Shown: positions 49,725 to 62,996 of the stretch, one piece after another
Layout: each line of letters begins with the position of its first letter
Numbering within the stretch: the stretch's first letter is position 1
DNA from: Eledone cirrhosa
Taxonomy: Eukaryota
Assembly: GCA_964016885.1 (NCBI GenBank)
Contig: OZ024745.1
Coordinates: 18,662,001-18,726,000 of the forward strand
DNA length: 64,000 nt
Reading direction: 5' to 3'
Notes under the pieces: generated by a model
Told to the model about the DNA's origin: nothing
The model's input: only the letters and a program-made list of their open reading frames with translations
Databases searched by the model: none
Made by a program: the position numbers and the translations under genes

Positions 49725-52700
49725 AGTGTTGATGTTGTTGTTGGTGATGGTAGTGGAGTGTTGATGTTGTTGTTGGTGATGGTAGTGTTGTGTTGATGTT
49801 GTTATTGGTGATGGTACTGTTGTGTTGATGTTGTTGTTGATGGTAGTGTTGTGTTGATGTTGTTATTGGTGATGGTAGTGTTGTGTTGATGTTGTTGTTG
49901 GTGGTAGTGTTGTGTTGATGTTGTTGTTGGTGATGGTAGTGTTGTGTTGATGTTGTTGTTGGTGATGGTAGTGTTGTGTTGATGTTGTTGGTGATGGTAG
50001 TGTTGTGTTGTTGTTGTTGGTGGTAGTGTTGTGTTGATGTTGTTGTTGGTGATGGTAGTGTTGTGTTGATGTTGTTATTGGTGATGGTAGTGTTGTGTTG
50101 ATGTTGTTGGTGGTGGTAGTGTTGTGTTGATGTTGGTGATGGTAGTGTTGTGTTGATGTTGTTGTTGGTGATGGTAGTGTTGTGTTGATGTTGTTATTGG
50201 TGATGGTAGTGTTGTGTTGATGTTGTTGGTGGTGGTAGTGTTGTGTTGATGTTGGTGATGGTAGTGTTGTGTTGATGTTGTTATTGGTGATGGTACTGTT
50301 GTGTTGATGTTGTTGTTGATGGTAGTGTTGTGTTGATGTTGTTATTGGTGATGGTAGTGTTGTGTTGATGTTGTTGTTGGTGGTAGTGTTGTGTTGATGT
50401 TGTTGTTGGTGATGGTAGTGTTGTGTTGATGTTGTTGTTGGTGATGGTAGTGTTGTGTTGATGTTGTTGGTGATGGTAGTGTTGTGTTGTTGTTGTTGGT
50501 GGTAGTGTTGTGTTGATGTTGTTGTTGGTGATGGTAGTGTTGTGTTGATGTTGTTATTGGTGATGGTAGTGTTGTGTTGATGTTGTTGGTGGTGGTAGTG
50601 TTGTGTTGATGTTGGTGATGGTAGTGTTGTGTTGATGTTGTTGTTGGTGATGGTAGTGTTGTGTTGATGTTGTTGTTGGTGATGGTAGTGTTGTTTTGAT
50701 GTTGTTGGTGAAGGTAGTGTTGTGTTGATGTTGTTGGTGATGGTAGTGTTGTGTTGATGTTGTTGTTGGTGATGGTAGTGTTGTGTTGATGTTGTTGGTG
50801 ACGGTAGTGTTGTGTTGATGTTGTTGGTGATGGTAGTGTTGTGTTGATGTTGTTGTTGGTGATGGTAGTGTTGTGTTGATGTTGTTGGTGATGGTAGTGT
50901 TGTGTTGATGTTGTTGTTGGTGATGGTAGTGTTGTGTTGATGTTGTTGGTGACGGTAGTGGTGTGTTGATGTTGTTGGTGATGGTAGTGTTGTGTTGATG
51001 TTGTTGTTGGTGATGGTAGTGTTGTGTTGATGTTGTTGTTGGTGATGGTAGTGTTGTGTTGATGTTGTTGTTGGTGATGGTAGTGTTGTGTTGATGTTGT
51101 TGTTGTTGATGGTAGTGTTGTGTTGATGTTGTTGTTGGTGATGGTAGTGTTGTGTTGATGTTGTTGTTGGTGAAGGTAGTCTTGTGTTGATGTTGTTGTT
51201 GTTGATGGTAGTGTTGTGTTGATGTTGTTGTTGGTGATGGTAGTGTTGTGTTGATGTTGGTGATGGTAGTCTTGTGTTGATGTTGTTGTTGGTGATGGTA
51301 GTGTTGTGTTGATGTTGTTGGTGATGGTAGTGTTGTGTTGATGTTGTTGTTGGTGATGGTAGTGTTGTGTTGATGTTGTTGTTGATGGTAGTGTTGTGTT
51401 GATGTTGTTGTTGGTGATGGTAGTGTTGTGTTGATGTTGTTGGTGATGGTAGTGTTGTGTTGATGTTGTTGGTGATGGTAGTGTTGTGTTGATGTTGTTG
51501 GTGATGGTAGTGTTGTGTTGATGTTGTTATTGGTGATGGTAGTGTTGTGTTGATGTTGTTGTTGGTGGTAGTGTTGTGTTGATGTTGTTGTTGGTGATGG
51601 TAGTGTTGTGTTGATGTTGTTGTTGGTGATGGTAGTGTTGTGTTGATGTTGTTGTTGGTTATGGTAGTGTTGTGTTGATGTTGTTGGTGATGGTAGTGTT
51701 GTGTCGATGTTGTTGTTGATGGTAGTGTTGTCTTGATGTTGCTGGTGATGGTAGTGTTGTGTTGATGTTGTTATTGGTGATGGTAGCGTTGTGTTGATGT
51801 TGTTGTTGGTGGTAGTGTTGTGTTGATGTTGTTGTTGGTGATGGTAGTGTTGTGTTGATGTTGTTGTTGGTGATGGTAGTGTTGTGTTGATGTTATTGTT
51901 GGTGATGGTAGTGTTGTGTTGATGTTGTTGTTGGTGGTAGTGTTGTGTTGATGTTGTTGTTCGTTATGGTAGTGTTGTGTTGATGTTGTTGTTGGTGATG
52001 GTAGTGTTGTGTTGATGTTGTTGTTGATGGTAGTGTTGTGTTGATGTTGTTATTGGTGATGGTAGTGTTGTGTTGATGTTGTTGTTGGTGGTAGTGTTGT
52101 GTTGATGTTGTTGTTGGTTATGGTAGTGTTGTGTTGATCTTGTTGTTGGTGATGGTAGTGTTGTGTTGATGTTGTTGGTGATTGTAGTGTTGTGTTGATG
52201 TTGTTGGTGATGGTAGTGTTGTGTTGATGTTGTTGTTGGTGATGGTAGTGTTGTGTTGATGTTGTTATTGGTGATGGTAGTGTTGTGTTGATGTTGTTGT
52301 TGGTGGTAGTGTTGTGTTGATGTTGTTGTTGGTGATGGTAGTGTTGTGTTGATGTTGTTGTTGGTGGTAGTGTTGTGTTGATGATGTTGTTGGTGATGGT
52401 AGTGTTGTGTTGATGTTGTTGGTGATGGTAGTGTTGTGTTGATGTTGTTGTTGATGGTAGTGTTGTGTTGATGTTGTTGTTGGTTATGGTAGTGTTGTGT
52501 TGATGTTGTTGGTGATGGCAGTGTTGTGTTGATGTTGTTGGTGATGGTAGTGTTGTGTTGATGTTGTTGTTGGTGATGGTAGTGTTGTGTTGATGTTGTT
52601 GTTGGTGATGGTAGTGTTGTGTTGATGTTGGTGATGGTAGTGTTGTGTTGATGTTGTTGTTGGTGATGGTAGTGTTGTGTTGATGTTGTTGTTGGTGATG

Positions 52701-54880
52701 GTAGTGTTGTTTTGATGTTGTTGGTGACGGTAGTGTTGTGTTGATGTTGTTGGTGATGGTAGTGTTGTGTTGATGTTGTTGTTGGTGATGGTAGTGTTGT
52801 GTTGATGTTGTTGTTGCTGATGGTAGTGGTGTGTCGATGTTGTTGTTGGTGATGGTAGTGTTGTGTTGATGTTGTTGTTGGTGATGGTAGTGTTGTGTTG
52901 ATGTTGTTGTTGGTGATGGTAGTGTTGTGTTGATGTTGTTGGTGATGGTAGTGCTGTGTTGATGTTGTTGGTGATGGTAGTGTTGTGTTGATGTTGTTGT
53001 TGGTGATGGTAGTGTTGTGTTGATGTTGTTGTTGGTGATGGTAGTGTTGTGTTGATGTTGTTGTTGCAGATGGTAGTGGTGTGTTGATGTTGTTGTTGGT
53101 GATGGTAGTGGTGTGTTGATGTTGTTGTTGGTGATGGTAGTGGTGTGTTGATGTTGTTGGTGATGGTAGTGCTGTGTTGATGTTGTTATTGGTGATGGTA
53201 GTGTTGTGTTGATGTTGTTGTTGCTGATGGTAGTGGTGTGTTGATGTTGTTGTTGGTGATGTTAGTGTTGTGTTGATGTTGTTGTTGGTGATGGTAGTGT
53301 TGTGTTGATGTTGTTGGTGATGGTAGTGTTGTGTTGATGTTCTTGGTGGTGATGGTAGTGTTGTGTTGATGTTGTTGGTGGTGGTAGTGTTGTGTTGATG
53401 TTGTTGGTGATGGTAGTGTTGTGTTGATGTTGTTGGTGGTGGTAGTGTTGTGTTGATGTTGTTGGTGATGGTAGTGTTGTGTTAATGTTGTTATTGGTGA
53501 TGGTAGTGTTGTGTTGATGTTGTTTTTGATGGTAGTGTTGTGTTGATGTTGTTGGTGATGGTAGTGTTGTGTTGATGTTGTTGTTGGTGATGGTAGTGTT
53601 GTGCTGATGTTGTTGTTGATGGTAGTGTTGTGTTGATGTTGTTGTTGGTGATGGTAGTGTTGTGTTGATGTTGTTGTTGATGGTAGTCTTGTGTTGTGTT
53701 GATGTTGTTGTTGGTGATGGTAATGTTGTGTTGATGTTGTTGGTGATGGTAGTGTTGTGTTGATGTTGTTGGTGATGGTAGTGTTGTGTTGATGTTGTTG
53801 GTGATGGTAGTGTTCTGTTGATGTTGTTGTTGTTGATGGTAGTGTTGTGTTGATGTTGTTTTTGATGGTAGTGTTGTGTTGATGTTGTTGGTGATGGTAG
53901 TGTTGTGTTGATGTTGTTGTTGGTGATGGTAGTGTTGTGTTGATGTTGTTGTTGATGGTAGTGTTGTGTTGATGTTGTTGTTGGTGATAGTAGTCTTGTG
54001 TTGATGTTGTTGTTGGTGATGGGAGTGTTGTGTTGATGTTGTTATTGGTGATGGTAGTGTTGTGTTGATGTTGTTGTTGGTGATGGTAGTGTTGTGTTGA
54101 TGTTGTTGCTGATGGTAGTGTTGTGTTGATGTTGTTTTTGATGGTAGTGTTGTTTTGATGTTGTTGGTGATGGTAGTGTTGTGTTGATGTTCTTGGTGAT
54201 GGTAGTGGTGTGTTGATGTTGTTGTTGGTGATGGTAGTGTTGTGTTGATGTTGTTGGTGATGGTAGTGTTGTGTTGATGTTGTTGGTGATGGTAGTGCTG
54301 TGTTGATGTTGTTATTGGTGATGGTAGTGTTTGTGTTGATGTTGTTGTTGGTGGTAGTGTTGTGTTGATGTTGTTGTTGGTGATGGTAGTGTTGTGTTGA
54401 TATTGTTGTTGGTGATGATAGTGTTGTGTTGATGTTGTTGGTGATGATAGTGTTGTGTTGATGTGGTTGTTGGTGATGGTAGTGTTGTGTTGATGTTGTT
54501 GTTGGTGATGGTAGTGTTGTGTTGGTGTTGTTTGTGATGGTAGTGTTGTGTTGATGTTGTTGTTGGTGATGGTAGTGTTGTGTTGATGTTGTTGGTGATG
54601 GTAGTGATGTGTTGATGTTGTTGGTGATGGTAGTGTTGTGTTGATGTTGTTTTTGGTGATGGTAGTGTTGTGTTGATGTTGTTGTTGGTGATGGTAGTGT
54701 TGTGTTGATGTTGTTGGTGATGGTAGTGCTGTGTTGATGTTGTTGTTGGTGATGTTAGTGTTGTGTTGATGTTGTTGTTGGTGATGGTAGTGTTATGTTT
54801 ATGTTGTTGGTGATGGTAGTGTTGTGTTGATGTTGTTGTTGGTGATGGTAGTGTTGTATTGATGTTGCTGATGGTAGTGG
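49725..54880. repeat. HOR unit A copy 2 (5,156 bp)
   Basis: GGAG markers at 49725 and 54881. Doubled GGTACTG at 49817/50296. Marker order matches copy 1 at offset 8,462. Confidence 0.9.
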
Positions 54881-57840
54881 AGTGTTGATGTTGTTGTTGG
54901 TGATGGTAGTGGAGTGTTGATGTTGTTGTTGGTGATGGTAGTGTTGTGTTGATGTTGTTATTGGTGATGGTACTGTTGTGTTGATGTTGTTGTTGATGGT
55001 AGTGTTGTGTTGATGTTGTTATTGGTGATGGTAGTGTTGTGTTGATGTTGTTGTTGGTGGTAGTGTTGTGTTGATGTTGTTGTTGGTGATGGTAGTGTTG
55101 TGTTGATGTTGTTGTTGGTGATGGTAGTGTTGTGTTGATGTTGTTGGTGATGGTAGTGTTGTGTTGTTGTTGTTGGTGGTAGTGTTGTGTTGATGTTGTT
55201 GTTGGTGATGGTAGTGTTGTGTTGATGTTGTTATTGGTGATGGTAGTGTTGTGTTGATGTTGTTGGTGGTGGTAGTGTTGTGTTGATGTTGGTGATGGTA
55301 GTGTTGTGTTGATGTTGTTGTTGGTGATGGTAGTGTTGTGTTGATGTTGTTGTTGGTGATGGTAGTGTTGTTTTGATGTTGTTGGTGAAGGTAGTGTTGT
55401 GTTGATGTTGTTGGTGATGGTAGTGTTGTGTTGATGTTGTTGTTGGTGATGGTAGTGTTGTGTTGATGTTGTTGGTGACGGTAGTGTTGTGTTGATGTTG
55501 TTGGTGATGGTAGTGTTGTGTTGATGTTGTTGTTGGTGATGGTAGTGTTGTGTTGATGTTGTTGGTGATGGTAGTGTTGTGTTGATGTTGTTGTTGGTGA
55601 TGGTAGTGTTGTGTTGATGTTGTTGGTGACGGTAGTGGTGTGTTGATGTTGTTGGTGATGGTAGTGTTGTGTTGATGTTGTTGTTGGTGATGGTAGTGTT
55701 GTGTTGATGTTGTTGTTGGTGATGGTAGTGTTGTGTTGATGTTGTTGTTGGTGATGGTAGTGTTGTGTTGATGTTGTTGTTGTTGATGGTAGTGTTGTGT
55801 TGATGTTGTTGTTGGTGATGGTAGTGTTGTGTTGATGTTGTTGTTGGTGAAGGTAGTCTTGTGTTGATGTTGTTGTTGTTGATTGTAGTGTTGTGTTGAT
55901 GTTGTTGTTGGTGATGGTAGTGTTGTGTTGATGTTGGTGATGGTAGTCTTGTGTTGATGTTGTTGTTGGTGATGGTAGTGTTGTGTTGATGTTGTTGGTG
56001 ATGGTAGTGTTGTGTTGATGTTGTTGTTGGTGATGGTAGTGTTGTGTTGATGTTGTTGTTGATGGTAGTGTTGTGTTGATGTTGTTGTTGGTGATGGTAG
56101 TGTTGTGTTGATGTTGTTGGTGATGGTAGTGTTGTGTTGATGTTGTTGGTGATGGTAGTGTTGTGTTGATGTTGTTATTGGTGATGGTAGTGTTGTGTTG
56201 ATGTTGTTGTTGGTGCTAGTGTTGTGTTGATGTTGTTGTTGGTGATGGTAGTGTTGTGTTGATGTTGTTGTTGGTGATGGTAGTGTTGTGTTGATGTTGT
56301 TGTTGGTGATGGTAGTGTTGTGTTGATGTTGTTGGTGATGGTAGTGTTGTGTCGATGTTGTTGTTGATGGTAGTGTTGTCTTGATGTTGCTGGTGATGGT
56401 AGTGTTGTGTTGATGTTGTTATTGGTGATGGTAGCGTTGTGTTGATGTTGTTGTTGGTGGTAGTGTTGTGTTGATGTTGTTGTTGGTGATGGTAGTGTTG
56501 TGTTGATGTTGTTGTTGGTGATGGTAGTGTTGTGTTGATGTTATTGTTGGTGATGGTAGTGTTGTGTTGATGTTGTTGTTGGTGGTAGTGTTGTGTTGAT
56601 GTTGTTGTTCGTTATGGTAGTGTTGTGTTGATGTTGTTGTTGGTGATGGTAGTGTTGTGTTGGTGTTGTTGTTGATGGTAGTGTTGTGTTGATGTTGTTA
56701 TTGGTGATGGTAGTGTTGTGTTGATGTTGTTGTTGGTGGTAGTGTTGTGTTGATGTTGTTGTTGGTTATGGTAGTGTTGTGTTGATCTTGTTGTTGGTGA
56801 TGGTAGTGTTGTGTTGATGTTGTTGGTGATTGTAGTGTTGTGTTGATGTTGTTGGTGATGGTAGTGTTGTGTTGATGTTGTTGTTGGTGATGGTAGTGTT
56901 GTGTTGATGTTGTTATTGGTGATGGTAGTGTTGTGTTGATGTTGTTGTTGGTGGTAGTGTTGTGTTGATGTTGTTGTTGGTGATGGTAGTGTTGTGTTGA
57001 TGTTGTTGTTGGTGGTAGTGTTGTGTTGATGATGTTGTTGGTGATGGTAGTGTTGTGTTGATGTTGTTGGTGATGGTAGTGTTGTGTTGATGTTGTTGTT
57101 GATGGTAGTGTTGTGTTGATGTTGTTGTTGGTTATGGTAGTGTTGTGTTGATGTTGTTGGTGATGGCAGTGTTGTGTTGATGTTGTTGGTGATGGTAGTG
57201 TTGTGTTGATGTTGTTGTTGGTGATGGTAGTGTTGTGTTGATGTTGTTGTTGGTGATGGTAGTGTTGTGTTGATGTTGGTGATGGTAGTGTTGTGTTGAT
57301 GTTGTTGTTGGTGATGGTAGTGTTGTGTTGATGTTGTTGTTGGTGATGGTAGTGTTGTTTTGATGTTGTTGGTGACGGTAGTGTTGTGTTGATGTTGTTG
57401 GTGATGGTAGTGTTGTGTTGATGTTGTTGTTGGTGATGGTAGTGTTGTGTTGATGTTGTTGTTGGTGATGGTAGTGTTGTGTTGGTGTTGTTTGTGATGG
57501 TAGTGTTGTGTTGATGTTGTTGTTGGTGATGGTAGTGTTGTGTTGATGTTGTTGGTGATGGTAGTGATGTGTTGATGTTGTTGGTGATGGTAGTGTTGTG
57601 TTGATGTTGTTTTTGGTGATGGTAGTGTTGTGTTGATGTTGTTGTTGGTGATGGTAGTGTTGTGTTGATGTTGTTGGTGATGGTAGTGCTGTGTTGATGT
57701 TGTTGTTGGTGATGTTAGTGTTGTGTTGATGTTGTTGTTGGTGATGGTAGTGTTATGTTTATGTTGTTGGTGATGGTAGTGTTGTGTTGATGTTGTTGTT
57801 GGTGATGGTAGTGTTGTATTGATGTTGCTGATGGTAGTGG
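54881..57840. repeat. HOR unit B copy 2 (2,960 bp, about 1,688 bp deleted)
   Basis: Single GGTACTG (54973) and GATTGTAG (~55884). Retains GGCAG (57167) but lacks the GCAGA-to-GATGATAG block. Confidence 0.87.
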
Positions 57841-60800
57841 AGTGTTGATGTTGTTGTTGGTGATGGTAGTGGAGTGTTGATGTTGTTGTTGGTGATGGTA
57901 GTGTTGTGTTGATGTTGTTATTGGTGATGGTACTGTTGTGTTGATGTTGTTGTTGATGGTAGTGTTGTGTTGATGTTGTTATTGGTGATGGTAGTGTTGT
58001 GTTGATGTTGTTGTTGGTGGTAGTGTTGTGTTGATGTTGTTGTTGGTGATGGTAGTGTTGTGTTGATGTTGTTGTTGGTGATGGTAGTGTTGTGTTGATG
58101 TTGTTGGTGATGGTAGTGTTGTGTTGTTGTTGTTGGTGGTAGTGTTGTGTTGATGTTGTTGTTGGTGATGGTAGTGTTGTGTTGATGTTGTTATTGGTGA
58201 TGGTAGTGTTGTGTTGATGTTGTTGGTGGTGGTAGTGTTGTGTTGATGTTGGTGATGGTAGTGTTGTGTTGATGTTGTTGTTGGTGATGGTAGTGTTGTG
58301 TTGATGTTGTTATTGGTGATGGTAGTGTTGTGTTGATGTTGTTGGTGGTGGTAGTGTTGTGTTGATGTTGGTGATGGTAGTGTTGTGTTGATGTTGTTAT
58401 TGGTGATGGTACTGTTGTGTTGATGTTGTTGTTGATGGTAGTGTTGTGTTGATGTTGTTATTGGTGATGGTAGTGTTGTGTTGATGTTGTTGTTGGTGGT
58501 AGTGTTGTGTTGATGTTGTTGTTGGTGATGGTAGTGTTGTGTTGATGTTGTTGTTGGTGATGGTAGTGTTGTGTTGATGTTGTTGGTGATGGTAGTGTTG
58601 TGTTGTTGTTGTTGGTGGTAGTGTTGTGTTGATGTTGTTGTTGGTGATGGTAGTGTTGTGTTGATGTTGTTATTGGTGATGGTAGTGTTGTGTTGATGTT
58701 GTTGGTGGTGGTAGTGTTGTGTTGATGTTGGTGATGGTAGTGTTGTGTTGATGTTGTTGTTGGTGATGGTAGTGTTGTGTTGATGTTGTTGTTGGTGATG
58801 GTAGTGTTGTTTTGATGTTGTTGGTGAAGGTAGTGTTGTGTTGATGTTGTTGGTGATGGTAGTGTTGTGTTGATGTTGTTGTTGGTGATGGTAGTGTTGT
58901 GTTGATGTTGTTGGTGACGGTAGTGTTGTGTTGATGTTGTTGGTGATGGTAGTGTTGTGTTGATGTTGTTGTTGGTGATGGTAGTGTTGTGTTGATGTTG
59001 TTGGTGATGGTAGTGTTGTGTTGATGTTGTTGTTGGTGATGGTAGTGTTGTGTTGATGTTGTTGGTGACGGTAGTGGTGTGTTGATGTTGTTGGTGATGG
59101 TAGTGTTGTGTTGATGTTGTTGTTGGTGATGGTAGTGTTGTGTTGATGTTGTTGTTGGTGATGGTAGTGTTGTGTTGATGTTGTTGTTGGTGATGGTAGT
59201 GTTGTGTTGATGTTGTTGTTGTTGATGGTAGTGTTGTGTTGATGTTGTTGTTGGTGATGGTAGTGTTGTGTTGATGTTGTTGTTGGTGAAGGTAGTCTTG
59301 TGTTGATGTTGTTGTTGTTGATGGTAGTGTTGTGTTGATGTTGTTGTTGGTGATGGTAGTGTTGTGTTGATGTTGGTGATGGTAGTCTTGTGTTGATGTT
59401 GTTGTTGGTGATGGTAGTGTTGTGTTGATGTTGTTGGTGATGGTAGTGTTGTGTTGATGTTGTTGTTGGTGATGGTAGTGTTGTGTTGATGTTGTTGTTG
59501 ATGGTAGTGTTGTGTTGATGTTGTTGTTGGTGATGGTAGTGTTGTGTTGATGTTGTTGGTGATGGTAGTGTTGTGTTGATGTTGTTGGTGATGGTAGTGT
59601 TGTGTTGATGTTGTTGGTGATGGTAGTGTTGTGTTGATGTTGTTATTGGTGATGGTAGTGTTGTGTTGATGTTGTTGTTGGTGGTAGTGTTGTGTTGATG
59701 TTGTTGTTGGTGATGGTAGTGTTGTGTTGATGTTGTTGTTGGTGATGGTAGTGTTGTGTTGATGTTGTTGTTGGTTATGGTAGTGTTGTGTTGATGTTGT
59801 TGGTGATGGTAGTGTTGTGTCGATGTTGTTGTTGATGGTAGTGTTGTCTTGATGTTGCTGGTGATGGTAGTGTTGTGTTGATGTTGTTATTGGTGATGGT
59901 AGCGTTGTGTTGATGTTGTTGTTGGTGGTAGTGTTGTGTTGATGTTGTTGTTGGTGATGGTAGTGTTGTGTTGATGTTGTTGTTGGTGATGGTAGTGTTG
60001 TGTTGATGTTATTGTTGGTGATGGTAGTGTTGTGTTGATGTTGTTGTTGGTGGTAGTGTTGTGTTGATGTTGTTGTTCGTTATGGTAGTGTTGTGTTGAT
60101 GTTGTTGTTGGTGATGGTAGTGTTGTGTTGATGTTGTTGTTGATGGTAGTGTTGTGTTGATGTTGTTATTGGTGATGGTAGTGTTGTGTTGATGTTGTTG
60201 TTGGTGGTAGTGTTGTGTTGATGTTGTTGTTGGTTATGGTAGTGTTGTGTTGATCTTGTTGTTGGTGATGGTAGTGTTGTGTTGATGTTGTTGGTGATTG
60301 TAGTGTTGTGTTGATGTTGTTGGTGATGGTAGTGTTGTGTTGATGTTGTTGTTGGTGATGGTAGTGTTGTGTTGATGTTGTTATTGGTGATGGTAGTGTT
60401 GTGTTGATGTTGTTGTTGGTGGTAGTGTTGTGTTGATGTTGTTGTTGGTGATGGTAGTGTTGTGTTGATGTTGTTGTTGGTGGTAGTGTTGTGTTGATGA
60501 TGTTGTTGGTGATGGTAGTGTTGTGTTGATGTTGTTGGTGATGGTAGTGTTGTGTTGATGTTGTTGTTGATGGTAGTGTTGTGTTGATGTTGTTGTTGGT
60601 TATGGTAGTGTTGTGTTGATGTTGTTGGTGATGGCAGTGTTGTGTTGATGTTGTTGGTGATGGTAGTGTTGTGTTGATGTTGTTGTTGGTGATGGTAGTG
60701 TTGTGTTGATGTTGTTGTTGGTGATGGTAGTGTTGTGTTGATGTTGGTGATGGTAGTGTTGTGTTGATGTTGTTGTTGGTGATGGTAGTGTTGTGTTGAT

Positions 60801-62996
60801 GTTGTTGTTGGTGATGGTAGTGTTGTTTTGATGTTGTTGGTGACGGTAGTGTTGTGTTGATGTTGTTGGTGATGGTAGTGTTGTGTTGATGTTGTTGTTG
60901 GTGATGGTAGTGTTGTGTTGATGTTGTTGTTGCTGATGGTAGTGGTGTGTCGATGTTGTTGTTGGTGATGGTAGTGTTGTGTTGATGTTGTTGTTGGTGA
61001 TGGTAGTGTTGTGTTGATGTTGTTGTTGGTGATGGTAGTGTTGTGTTGATGTTGTTGGTGATGGTAGTGCTGTGTTGATGTTGTTGGTGATGGTAGTGTT
61101 GTGTTGATGTTGTTGTTGGTGATGGTAGTGTTGTGTTGATGTTGTTGTTGGTGATGGTAGTGTTGTGTTGATGTTGTTGTTGCAGATGGTAGTGGTGTGT
61201 TGATGTTGTTGTTGGTGATGGTAGTGGTGTGTTGATGTTGTTGTTGGTGATGGTAGTGGTGTGTTGATGTTGTTGGTGATGGTAGTGCTGTGTTGATGTT
61301 GTTATTGGTGATGGTAGTGTTGTGTTGATGTTGTTGTTGCTGATGGTAGTGGTGTGTTGATGTTGTTGTTGGTGATGTTAGTGTTGTGTTGATGTTGTTG
61401 TTGGTGATGGTAGTGTTGTGTTGATGTTGTTGGTGATGGTAGTGTTGTGTTGATGTTCTTGGTGGTGATGGTAGTGTTGTGTTGATGTTGTTGGTGGTGG
61501 TAGTGTTGTGTTGATGTTGTTGGTGATGGTAGTGTTGTGTTGATGTTGTTGGTGGTGGTAGTGTTGTGTTGATGTTGTTGGTGATGGTAGTGTTGTGTTA
61601 ATGTTGTTATTGGTGATGGTAGTGTTGTGTTGATGTTGTTTTTGATGGTAGTGTTGTGTTGATGTTGTTGGTGATGGTAGTGTTGTGTTGATGTTGTTGT
61701 TGGTGATGGTAGTGTTGTGCTGATGTTGTTGTTGATGGTAGTGTTGTGTTGATGTTGTTGTTGGTGATGGTAGTGTTGTGTTGATGTTGTTGTTGATGGT
61801 AGTCTTGTGTTGTGTTGATGTTGTTGTTGGTGATGGTAATGTTGTGTTGATGTTGTTGGTGATGGTAGTGTTGTGTTGATGTTGTTGGTGATGGTAGTGT
61901 TGTGTTGATGTTGTTGGTGATGGTAGTGTTCTGTTGATGTTGTTGTTGTTGATGGTAGTGTTGTGTTGATGTTGTTTTTGATGGTAGTGTTGTGTTGATG
62001 TTGTTGGTGATGGTAGTGTTGTGTTGATGTTGTTGTTGGTGATGGTAGTGTTGTGTTGATGTTGTTGTTGATGGTAGTGTTGTGTTGATGTTGTTGTTGG
62101 TGATAGTAGTCTTGTGTTGATGTTGTTGTTGGTGATGGGAGTGTTGTGTTGATGTTGTTATTGGTGATGGTAGTGTTGTGTTGATGTTGTTGTTGGTGAT
62201 GGTAGTGTTGTGTTGATGTTGTTGCTGATGGTAGTGTTGTGTTGATGTTGTTTTTGATGGTAGTGTTGTTTTGATGTTGTTGGTGATGGTAGTGTTGTGT
62301 TGATGTTCTTGGTGATGGTAGTGGTGTGTTGATGTTGTTGTTGGTGATGGTAGTGTTGTGTTGATGTTGTTGGTGATGGTAGTGTTGTGTTGATGTTGTT
62401 GGTGATGGTAGTGCTGTGTTGATGTTGTTATTGGTGATGGTAGTGTTTGTGTTGATGTTGTTGTTGGTGGTAGTGTTGTGTTGATGTTGTTGTTGGTGAT
62501 GGTAGTGTTGTGTTGATATTGTTGTTGGTGATGATAGTGTTGTGTTGATGTTGTTGGTGATGATAGTGTTGTGTTGATGTGGTTGTTGGTGATGGTAGTG
62601 TTGTGTTGATGTTGTTGTTGGTGATGGTAGTGTTGTGTTGGTGTTGTTTGTGATGGTAGTGTTGTGTTGATGTTGTTGTTGGTGATGGTAGTGTTGTGTT
62701 GATGTTGTTGGTGATGGTAGTGATGTGTTGATGTTGTTGGTGATGGTAGTGTTGTGTTGATGTTGTTTTTGGTGATGGTAGTGTTGTGTTGATGTTGTTG
62801 TTGGTGATGGTAGTGTTGTGTTGATGTTGTTGGTGATGGTAGTGCTGTGTTGATGTTGTTGTTGGTGATGTTAGTGTTGTGTTGATGTTGTTGTTGGTGA
62901 TGGTAGTGTTATGTTTATGTTGTTGGTGATGGTAGTGTTGTGTTGATGTTGTTGTTGGTGATGGTAGTGTTGTATTGATGTTGCTGATGGTAGTGG
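57841..62996. repeat. HOR unit A copy 3 (5,156 bp)
   Basis: GGAG markers at 57841 and 62997. Doubled GGTACTG at 57933/58412. Offset 8,116 from copy 2 (GCAGA 53067/61183, GGCAG 52519/60635). Confidence 0.9.
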